58,928 bases of DNA from a virus (IMGVR_UViG_3300025872_000063:1-58928), one strand, 5' to 3'. Counted from the stretch's first letter, positions 42,107 to 49,073 are shown. The notes: generated by a model not told the origin, from the letters alone. Numbers and translations are program-made.

Positions 42107-42271
42107 ATGAAGACGAGCAACGAACTTCTCAAGTTGGTCAGGGAGAGCGTGGAGCTCGCGGACGAGCGCAAGAACGTCGGAACGCTTGGCCCGTGGGAGG
42201 CGATCGGTATTCTCAAGAGCACGGTCAACTTTCTCATCACGCACATCGAGCGTGATCAGACTTCTGAGTAA
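42107..42271 (+). CDS. Hypothetical protein
   Basis: Cassette promoter and RBS; stop inside the next element. Confidence 0.6.
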   Translation: MKTSNELLKLVRESVELADERKNVGTLGPWEAIGILKSTVNFLITHIERDQTSE

Positions 42272-42285
42272 GGTATAATGTATTC

Positions 42286-42441
42286 ATGGGAACGACAAAG
42301 AACAACTCGAGGACCAAGTGGGCATGGACAGACGCTGAGCGTCAGGCATTCGCGGATGGCGTCCGCGTCCGTGCACAGCGGATTCCAAACAAGAAGCGCA
42401 TCGCGTCACGGAACGCGTGCCGGCGTGGAGGCGGCGAATGA
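42286..42441 (+). CDS. Small basic protein (leaderless)
   Basis: MGTTKNN...IPNKKRIASRNACRR. Confidence 0.55.
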   Translation: MGTTKNNSRTKWAWTDAERQAFADGVRVRAQRIPNKKRIASRNACRRGGGE

Positions 42442-42500
42442 CCGGCCCGCTAAGCGCCGGCGCGCAGACGGGTCACTTCTAAGAAAGGTATAATGACGAC

Positions 42501-42662
42501 ATGAGCGAATACACCATCCAGGGAAACTACGGCTTCGGCTGGGAAGATCTGACGACCGAAGAAACTATGCCAGAGGCAAAGCAGCGACTCAGCGAGTACA
42601 ACGAGAACGAATCGAGCGTTCCCCATCGAATCAAAGTCAGCGTCAAACTGAGCAAGTTATAA
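42501..42662 (+). CDS. Hypothetical protein (leaderless)
   Basis: IQGNYGFGWEDL; stop is the TAA of the next TATAAT. Confidence 0.6.
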   Translation: MSEYTIQGNYGFGWEDLTTEETMPEAKQRLSEYNENESSVPHRIKVSVKLSKL

Positions 42663-42669
42663 TGACGAC

Positions 42670-42840
42670 ATGAACGACAACGACATCAAGATTCGCGCCC
42701 AAGAGATCGTCCAGACCTGCGAGATGGAGTACCCAGAAGCTGGTGACGAAGCCATCTACCAGATGGCCGTCGACATGAAGTTTCACTCTGGGTGGAGCGA
42801 AGACGACGTGAACGAGTTGCTCAGTGTCCTCGGATTCTGA
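42670..42840 (+). CDS. Acidic hypothetical protein (leaderless)
   Basis: Stop inside the next element. Confidence 0.6.
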   Translation: MNDNDIKIRAQEIVQTCEMEYPEAGDEAIYQMAVDMKFHSGWSEDDVNELLSVLGF

Positions 42841-42879
42841 GCAAGTTATAATGATCTCACAACGAGGAAGGGACAAGCA

Positions 42880-43065
42880 ATGACGTTTGATAACTGGATG
42901 GACAAGGTCGACGAGTTCATGGAGATCCTCTGCGGCCTGAACTCTGAGTGCATCGAAGACTACTGCTACCGCGATGAGTACGACGCCGGCGCCTCGCCGA
43001 AAGAGGTCGCACTGCGCGCTCTCAAGAACGCGAACTACGACACCACTGTCAACTACATTCGGTGA
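42880..43065 (+). CDS. Acidic hypothetical protein
   Basis: MTFDNWMDKVD...YRDEYDAG.SP. Confidence 0.7.
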   Translation: MTFDNWMDKVDEFMEILCGLNSECIEDYCYRDEYDAGASPKEVALRALKNANYDTTVNYIR

Positions 43066-43112
43066 AACTGAGTAAGTTATAATACAATTACACCACGGCG
43101 AAAGGACACCCG

Positions 43113-43259
43113 ATGAACGAGAACAACGAGCCCGACTTCCTTGATCACGGCTGGCAGAACTGCCCCGGCGGGGCGGAGGCCCACCAAGCGCACATGGAGA
43201 TGAACGGCGACTGCCCGTGGTGCGCGTCCTACGACAAGTCCAAGTGGCTCGATTTCTGA
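43113..43259 (+). CDS. Small Cys/His protein
   Basis: Cassette promoter and RBS; CPWC. Confidence 0.55.
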   Translation: MNENNEPDFLDHGWQNCPGGAEAHQAHMEMNGDCPWCASYDKSKWLDF

Positions 43260-43277
43260 GCTTGGTATAATACACTC

Positions 43278-43555
43278 ATCAACCGCACGAAGAGCGCTTC
43301 GGCGCCAACGCGGACGAACCCAAGATAAGGCTCTCTAGCAAGCCTCTGGCACGATAAGGCTCTCAGCATCCAAAGCGATACTGCTCTACGACGACCATGG
43401 CGTCGCACCAGTCCCTCCTCACGGATCAGATCCGTCCTCCTCTGTACGCATCCGCTACTTGAATCCGTCCTCTTGTACCGTCCACCAGTCCCCGGCCAGG
43501 GACTGAAGCGTCGGGGTTTCCGGAGACCAGCCGGAGCGTTCTTCATGTGGTTGAT
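43278..43555 (+). ncRNA. Rod-shaped ~278-nt ncRNA, copy 2 (possibly Ms1/6S-like)
   Basis: Same terminal stem (43278-43303/43530-43555); 118-nt core identical to copy 1; compensatory changes in the flanking helices. Confidence 0.8.
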
Positions 43556-43774
43556 TCTGAGCAAGTTATAATGTACTTACCAACGAGGAAAGGACAAAGC
43601 GATGGATGACGCGATCGAGGCCTGCTGGTTCTGCGGAGACGCCAACGTGCTCATGGTGATCGACGACTGGGAATACGGCGAGTTCGGGGTGTGCACCGAC
43701 TGCGCGGACGATCCCGGCCTGAGCTGAGGCCGGCGCTCGAGCCGGCTGGCCGGCGCTCGAGCCGGCTGGCCGGC
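43553..43774. repeat. 222-bp whole-cassette duplication, copy 1
   Basis: Identical to 44516-44737. Confidence 0.9.
43602..43727 (+). CDS. 41-aa acidic zinc-ribbon peptide, copy 1
   Basis: CWFC...CTDC. Confidence 0.65.
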   Translation: MDDAIEACWFCGDANVLMVIDDWEYGEFGVCTDCADDPGLS

Positions 43775-43834
43775 TGGCCGGCGCAAGTTCTGAGCAAGTT
43801 ATAATGTACTTACCAACGATGAAAGGACACAGCG

Positions 43835-43978
43835 ATGGCAAAGTACTCGACCCGGATGCACGAGGTGTACGACACGCGGTACTGCCTGGTGATCTACTGC
43901 GGTTCGCAGAGCGCCTGCAAGCGGTTCGTGATGAACTCGCCCCGCAAGTGGCTGGCGGTGCGCCCTGCGGGGCGCTGA
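43835..43978 (+). CDS. Small basic protein
   Basis: Cassette promoter and RBS. Confidence 0.55.
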   Translation: MAKYSTRMHEVYDTRYCLVIYCGSQSACKRFVMNSPRKWLAVRPAGR

Positions 43979-44052
43979 GCCGGCTGGCCGGCTGGCCGGC
44001 GCAAGTTCTGAGCAAGTTATAATGTACTTACCAACGAGGAAAGGACAAAGCG

Positions 44053-44271
44053 ATGGTCACGATCGAGCTCGATGTCGCGCACGATGAAATGCCGCTGGAG
44101 CAGGTGCTCCAGACGATTATGGACGAGGTGCCGTCCACCCAAGCCGTGCTGGTCGACGTCAATGGCCCCACGGGCTGGCCTGTGGTCAAGTTCACGATGG
44201 ACGAGAGCGCCCTCGAGCGCTTTGCTGAGGTGTATGGCGCCGACGTGGACGAGCTGCGCGACCTGCTCTGA
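44053..44271 (+). CDS. Acidic hypothetical protein
   Basis: NGPTGWPVV.F. Confidence 0.7.
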   Translation: MVTIELDVAHDEMPLEQVLQTIMDEVPSTQAVLVDVNGPTGWPVVKFTMDESALERFAEVYGADVDELRDLL

Positions 44272-44351
44272 GCCGGCGCTCGAGCCGGCTGGCCGGCTGA
44301 GCCGGCTGGCCGGCTGGCCGGCGCAAGTTCTGAGCAAGTTATAATGTACTC

Positions 44352-44534
44352 ATGAACAGCCGCTGCACGATCAATCAACTCCACTGCGAGAACTGTGGGA
44401 GCACCGACCCGTACGATGTCGAAGATCTTGCCGACACCGATGGGTACACCCGCTGCTGCAATGAGTGCCGCTCGTACGGTCCGAACGACTGCCGGGGGTT
44501 CCACTGCGACTGGGAGATTCTGAGCAAGTTATAA
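44352..44534 (+). CDS. Cys-rich peptide (leaderless)
   Basis: HCENCGS...GYTRCCNE; stop inside the next element. Confidence 0.6.
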   Translation: MNSRCTINQLHCENCGSTDPYDVEDLADTDGYTRCCNECRSYGPNDCRGFHCDWEILSKL

Positions 44535-44737
44535 TGTACTTACCAACGAGGAAAGGACAAAGCGATGGATGACGCGATCGAGGCCTGCTGGTTCTGCGGA
44601 GACGCCAACGTGCTCATGGTGATCGACGACTGGGAATACGGCGAGTTCGGGGTGTGCACCGACTGCGCGGACGATCCCGGCCTGAGCTGAGGCCGGCGCT
44701 CGAGCCGGCTGGCCGGCGCTCGAGCCGGCTGGCCGGC
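44516..44737. repeat. 222-bp whole-cassette duplication, copy 2
   Basis: Identical to 43553-43774. Confidence 0.9.
44565..44690 (+). CDS. 41-aa acidic zinc-ribbon peptide, copy 2
   Basis: Identical to 43602-43727. Confidence 0.65.
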   Translation: MDDAIEACWFCGDANVLMVIDDWEYGEFGVCTDCADDPGLS

Positions 44738-44826
44738 GCTCGAGCCGGCTGGCCGGCGCTCGAGCCGGCGAGCAGGCAAGTTCTGAGTAAGTTATAATGT
44801 ACTTACCAACGAGGAAAGGACACAGG

Positions 44827-45072
44827 ATGAACATCCGAGAACTGATCACGGAGCTCGAGGAGATCGCTGACAGCGCCGCCGAGGGCGACGACCTCAAGGT
44901 CATGATCGCGACGCAGCCGAACTGGCCTCTGCAGGCTGAGATCGCCTGCGTGTCGTACGTCGATGGCCGACTCTACATCGCGGAGGGGTATGCGCCTTAC
45001 GACTCGCCGTACGCGCCTCGAGCAGCCTGGGAGGCTCGCAATGCGGACCAGGACGAGGACTGGGGGGACTGA
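44827..45072 (+). CDS. Hypothetical protein (ATQPNWPL motif)
   Basis: Cassette promoter and RBS. Confidence 0.7.
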   Translation: MNIRELITELEEIADSAAEGDDLKVMIATQPNWPLQAEIACVSYVDGRLYIAEGYAPYDSPYAPRAAWEARNADQDEDWGD

Positions 45073-45166
45073 GGCCGGCGCTCGAGCCGGCGAGCCGGCG
45101 CTCGAGCCGGCTGGCCGGCGCTCGAGCCGGCGAGCAGGCAAGTTCTGAGTAAGTTATAATGTACTC

Positions 45167-45332
45167 ACGATCAGTACTAGTTGGGCGAATCCGCTGTAAC
45201 GGGATTCGTTAAATGAAGCGAGTATCTACATCTTGGGAAGTGCTGAGGCGCGGTAGTGGAAGCCTGCGGGCCATGGAGCTACACGTCTATGACGTACGGA
45301 ATGGGTGTAGTGAAAGAATAGCGGAACCCAAC
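45167..45332 (+). ncRNA. Candidate structured ncRNA (~165 nt)
   Basis: Own promoter, no RBS; GTTGGG..TCCGCT / AGCGGA.CCCAAC long-range stem, TCAGTACT/AGTGCTGA, CTACAC/GTGTAG. Confidence 0.55.
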
Positions 45333-45379
45333 AAATCTAAGCAAGTTATAATGATCTCACAACGACGAAAGGACGCACT

Positions 45380-45589
45380 GTGCAGTACATTACAGATCGC
45401 ACCGTAGAACTCACCGAGTGTGAGGCGCTGATCGCAGAGATTCACGCGCTGCTGATGGACCAAGGAATGCACCAGCATGACGCGGTCGACAAGATTCTCG
45501 GATCGACTGTTCCGATCTACCTCAAGTCCGCTACTCCCATTCTGGACAAGGTGATCTCCGCCGAGTTCATCGCTTGGTTGCGTGAGTGA
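45380..45589 (+). CDS. Hypothetical protein
   Basis: GTG after GAAAGGAC. Confidence 0.6.
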   Translation: MQYITDRTVELTECEALIAEIHALLMDQGMHQHDAVDKILGSTVPIYLKSATPILDKVISAEFIAWLRE

Positions 45590-45624
45590 TTCCGATGCAA
45601 ACTAAGAAATGTACAATTTCAAAC

Positions 45625-45897
45625 ATGAACACGATTCCCAACACTCCCATCACCATCGACGTCTACGCCACGGCCCTCGCCGCCCAGCTCACCGCGCTCG
45701 TCGCCACCGACCCGTCCCGCTACACCGGGGTGTCGTCGTGGGACGACCTCTGCGATCTCTACGACGGACTTCTGAAGGACACCGACGCCTCGCTCGGCTA
45801 CGACGTGGACCTCGCGGATCTCGCGGACTTCGATGGATATGCGGCTATTGTTGTTCCCGCTGTCGATTCAGTCGTCGCTGCGCGCTTCCCGATCTAG
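45625..45897 (+). CDS. Hypothetical protein (leaderless)
   Basis: ATG after TACAAT. Confidence 0.65.
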   Translation: MNTIPNTPITIDVYATALAAQLTALVATDPSRYTGVSSWDDLCDLYDGLLKDTDASLGYDVDLADLADFDGYAAIVVPAVDSVVAARFPI

Positions 45898-45930
45898 CCG
45901 GCTCGGTTCTGAGCAAGTTATAATACTATC

Positions 45931-46197
45931 ATGACGCTGAACATCGCAAAGATCACCCACACCCACACCGACACCGACACCAACACGATCTACTTCACCG
46001 CCGCCTTCATCGAACCCGACGACAACGAAACCTACACGCTCAACATCGCCTACCGTCCGTTCGACGAATCGATCGACATCGACATCGAAGGAAACGCATA
46101 CTCCGCCGACTCCGACACGATCACCGACTCGCAATACTTCGACGACTCCGCGATCGCATTCATCACTCAAACTGCTCGCGATCACAACCTGCTCTAA
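45931..46197 (+). CDS. Acidic hypothetical protein (leaderless)
   Basis: ATG 7 nt after TATAAT. Confidence 0.65.
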   Translation: MTLNIAKITHTHTDTDTNTIYFTAAFIEPDDNETYTLNIAYRPFDESIDIDIEGNAYSADSDTITDSQYFDDSAIAFITQTARDHNLL

Positions 46198-46238
46198 CCG
46201 ACCCTCCGGCTCGGTTCTGAGCAAGTTATAATGTACTC

Positions 46239-46803
46239 ACGGAAAGAAACAACTACAAAGTCAACACGGAAGTTATTCAGGCGACGATGCGACAATATCC
46301 CCTAGGATTGTCAAAGAACAGCATCGCAAGGGTTCGATTCCCTAAACTTTCACTGAGTACCGCAGGTAAGGCAAAGGCACATTGTGCTGGATTATATAGG
46401 GCTCCTATATAGGGGATACCGTGAAATCGGGAACCGCCGAGCGATAATATAGTCTGCAAACTATATTGTCTACTGTTGCAGCAGTAGCCTGTGGGAAAAT
46501 CTAGTGAGGTTCCCTTGGTGGGACGCAAGTGCGATTAGAAAGCCAGAATCGCGGCCTCAACAATTTATGAGGACAGCATCAATATTCCCCCGGCCGGTGA
46601 GATGTTGCCCCAGAGAGAATGCCCGATAGTCCCGGTGGCATTGCCATCAGCGCGAGTAGTAATCGCGCCGAAGCAGGGGGATACCGATAGGCATTGCAAG
46701 GCTTACTCATAAAATCGTATTGCGGGTAGCGGTTGGTCCCGTTACTTAAATGAACTAGCGTATGTCGCCGCAATACGAACCATCTCCGCGAAGCATCTGC
46801 GGA
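46239..46803 (+). ncRNA. Large multi-domain ncRNA candidate (~565 nt)
   Basis: Fills a whole cassette between two promoters with no plus-strand ORF; more than 10 hairpins, a T-loop hairpin and long-range pairings. Confidence 0.75.
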
Positions 46804-46849
46804 TCTGAGAACATTATAGTTATACTCGCAACAACGAAAGGACGCAGCG

Positions 46850-46987
46850 ATGGAAGACATGCTCGGGAAGCTCACGACAACGAGCGGAAGAGTCTTGTTC
46901 GGCGAGATCGTTCTCGTCAACGAGGAAACCGGTGTAACATGTATCGTCCGCGACGGAAAGATCGTGCGGGACGACGAGGAAGAGTAG
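46850..46987 (+). CDS. Small hypothetical protein
   Basis: Cassette promoter and RBS. Confidence 0.55.
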   Translation: MEDMLGKLTTTSGRVLFGEIVLVNEETGVTCIVRDGKIVRDDEEE

Positions 46988-47052
46988 CAACTAGTGAAAC
47001 CTAAAACTAAGAATGCTACAATGTCAATATCACCCGCCGAGAAAGATCAACT

Positions 47053-47397
47053 GTGAACCACGAAATAATCGCCAACATTGCAGCCTGCGATCCTCGCTAT
47101 CAAGGACACACTCCAGACGGAAAAATTGTTCTTCTTGAAGACGATGAGAGGCACGTTCTGACTCCGCATGAGTTCATGGAACTAGCTGATCCAAGTACGG
47201 ATGAAATCTTTTTCGCGACGATCACGGCGTTCCTGGCGGACATTTCAGCAACGAGCATCACGTCGACATCTTCCGTCGTAGATGTTCTTTTAGATCTCCG
47301 CGGTCTGTTCATCAAGCGTGAAGAACAGCACAAGTCTCTAATAAAATTTCTAATGCACGGAATGACATCAGACGGCTCGGATGAAGAAGATTCATGA
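47053..47397 (+). CDS. Hypothetical protein
   Basis: Follows the promoter at 47007. Confidence 0.6.
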   Translation: MNHEIIANIAACDPRYQGHTPDGKIVLLEDDERHVLTPHEFMELADPSTDEIFFATITAFLADISATSITSTSSVVDVLLDLRGLFIKREEQHKSLIKFLMHGMTSDGSDEEDS

Positions 47398-47660
47398 AAA
47401 ACCTATTCAGCGAGATAGATATCAAAACTCTCTATGATTCAAAAGATCGCATTGACAATCTTTGCGATGTTGCGGACAGGTTTGACGTTATTCATGATCT
47501 AATCGTCGAAAGACTGTCAAACAGCGGTGGAACACGCGAGGAATGGACCTCTGCCGAACTATTTGAACGCGCCGGAGCCTGCGTCCGCGGTATAGCGCAC
47601 CAGCTCGCGGACAATGAAGAGTCCCATAAATCGTCGATTGAAGGCCGCATCCATGCGTAG
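47394..47660 (+). CDS. Hypothetical protein
   Basis: Coupled ATGA. Confidence 0.55.
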   Translation: MKNLFSEIDIKTLYDSKDRIDNLCDVADRFDVIHDLIVERLSNSGGTREEWTSAELFERAGACVRGIAHQLADNEESHKSSIEGRIHA

Positions 47661-47800
47661 CGTCCCCGCTGATTGGGATGGTGAATCGCACTGTGTTCAT
47701 TGCGGTAAGCCGGCGACGCACACATCTCCAACAGGAATGGTCGACGACTTACCGTGCGTCGAACTAGTATGCTGTTCCTGCGCACAACTCGAGACAAACC

Positions 47801-48004
47801 ATGACTAACAAGACTAGTGACATCGCACACCAGGCGCGGCAGATAGCTTTCGCTGTGTCAGTCAACGAGCAACACCGTATCGGCAATGAAGCGGCTGACG
47901 AGATCGAACGTCTACGCTCCGCGGGTGACGCGCTGGCTGATGGTATCCGCAGAGGGCACTGGGACGACGTACTTAACAAATGGGATGAATTGCGCCATGG
48001 CTGA
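47801..48004 (+). CDS. AADEIERLR-family mini protein
   Basis: EAADEIERLRSAGDAL, as in the 21-22.7 kb mini-genes. Confidence 0.65.
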   Translation: MTNKTSDIAHQARQIAFAVSVNEQHRIGNEAADEIERLRSAGDALADGIRRGHWDDVLNKWDELRHG

Positions 48005-48286
48005 TAATATCGTGACACTCATGCGGACGCACTGCGTCATGCTGGCAGAGAAGTGGGGTGTCTCATCAGACTACATCACCCGCCCTTGCTCATTCTGCGG
48101 CGAGGCCTGTCGTGACTGATAACATGAAATATCGCGTGGTCGCTGCTTTGGAATTTTTGTGCAGCAAGACGCACTGGCTGGTCCATCGTCGTCCGTTCAT
48201 TTACGTGATTCCGCCGTGCGGACTTACCCTGCTTTCCATCCGTCTGGACGATCGCTGGAATACTGGCTATTGGAAGGATCGTCGCC

Positions 48287-48490
48287 GTGGATGATTACAT
48301 CTTGACTGATCTGTTGCACGGTATTCCAGCTGAAGATATCTGTAAACGAGCCGCCGATGAGATCACTCGTCTGCGCACCGCTCTCGCGATTGCGGCAGGA
48401 ATGCTCTCCACTACTCTAGAGTTCACGCATCGTCATCCTCAAACAGTAATGGAAGAACTCCTCGCGGAGGCTAGTCATGACTATGCATGA
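48287..48490 (+). CDS. AADEIERLR-family mini protein
   Basis: RAADEITRLR; coupled CGTGGATGA junction. Confidence 0.6.
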   Translation: MDDYILTDLLHGIPAEDICKRAADEITRLRTALAIAAGMLSTTLEFTHRHPQTVMEELLAEASHDYA

Positions 48491-48761
48491 ATCAGCACCG
48501 GATCCAAACGCGCCTCGAGTCGCCGGCCGACTTGTAGATTCCGGTGAATACTTTGCGGTAAGTCAAGAATGGCCGACGCCTTCATATTCAGTCAAAGACT
48601 GGAAATGGGACGAACAGAACGGCTGGTACAATGTTGATGACGATCCTGCCACACCGAACGAAGCAATTTTGCTAAACGAGATCAAACGACTAGTGGCAAT
48701 CAATTCTTCTCTTCGACAACAGATTCTTGATTACGCGGTAAAACGCAGCGCTCACCAGTAG
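48477..48761 (+). CDS. Hypothetical protein
   Basis: GGAGG RBS. Confidence 0.55.
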   Translation: MTMHESAPDPNAPRVAGRLVDSGEYFAVSQEWPTPSYSVKDWKWDEQNGWYNVDDDPATPNEAILLNEIKRLVAINSSLRQQILDYAVKRSAHQ

Positions 48762-48797
48762 TACACAAAGATAGCAACTATTAGAAAAGAGAAAAAC

Positions 48798-49073
48798 GTG
48801 GCAAGAGAACGTCTCGGAGTAGACGCAAGAGATCTAGTTGATGCGCTCAACGACGTTGCGGCGCAAATCAGAAAACTCGGCGTCGAGAAGGTTGCGGCAA
48901 AGGCTGGCGTCAAACCTTCAATTGTCAAAAAGTTTATCGCTGACGCGATGAAATCAAAGACATCAGATGTGCGAAAGATTCGAAATGCGGTCAAAGAGAT
49001 GCTATCACCCTCGCCAGAAATTCCAGACTCCGGCAAAGCAAACATCCAAGACACCGACAGCGATACGAAGTAG
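48798..49073 (+). CDS. HTH-like small protein (paralog of 35531-35743)
   Basis: GVEKVAAKAGVKPSIVKKF. Confidence 0.6.
   Translation: MARERLGVDARDLVDALNDVAAQIRKLGVEKVAAKAGVKPSIVKKFIADAMKSKTSDVRKIRNAVKEMLSPSPEIPDSGKANIQDTDSDTK

Larger units (their letters stand above)
41388..45140. repeat. Clusters of GC-rich palindromic units (GCCGGCGCTCGAGCCGGCTG and variants) at cassette 3-prime ends
   Basis: Clusters at ~41388-41440, 43729-43784, 43977-44002, 44271-44324, 44692-44778 and 45074-45140. Confidence 0.85.
30055..47025 (+). promoter_or_regulatory. Array of ~48 copies of a promoter element CT(G/A)AG-N5-TA(T/C)(A)AT, many followed by a CAACGAxGAAAGGAC leader/RBS
   Basis: The motif C lies at 30057, 30360, 30539, 30954, 31451, 32563, 34493, 34784, 34980, 35111, 35896, 36408, 36768, 37500, 37821, 38297, 38394, 38697, 38909, 39280, 39913, 40265, 40472, 40669, 40864, 41172, 41446, 41730, 42064, 42264, 42479, 42648, 42837, 43068, 43256, 43557, 43790, 44008, 44330, 44520, 44783, 45145, 45337, 45602, 45909, 46217, 46805 and 47007, with outliers at 49798 and 52255. 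Confidence 0.92.

Noticed and set aside
38390-46240. Recurrent ~45-bp repeats read as a CRISPR array
   Set aside because: Spacing is irregular (150-600 bp), the intervening DNA is coding or structured, the repeats contain a -10 box and RBS, and no cas genes are present.
46280-46350. tRNA suggested by GGGTTCGATTCCC
   Set aside because: No acceptor stem or anticodon arm in the right geometry; treated as a T-loop within the large RNA.
30055-47025. Integron cassette array
   Set aside because: No tyrosine integrase and no attC-type RYYYAAC/GTTRRRY palindromes; each cassette has its own promoter.
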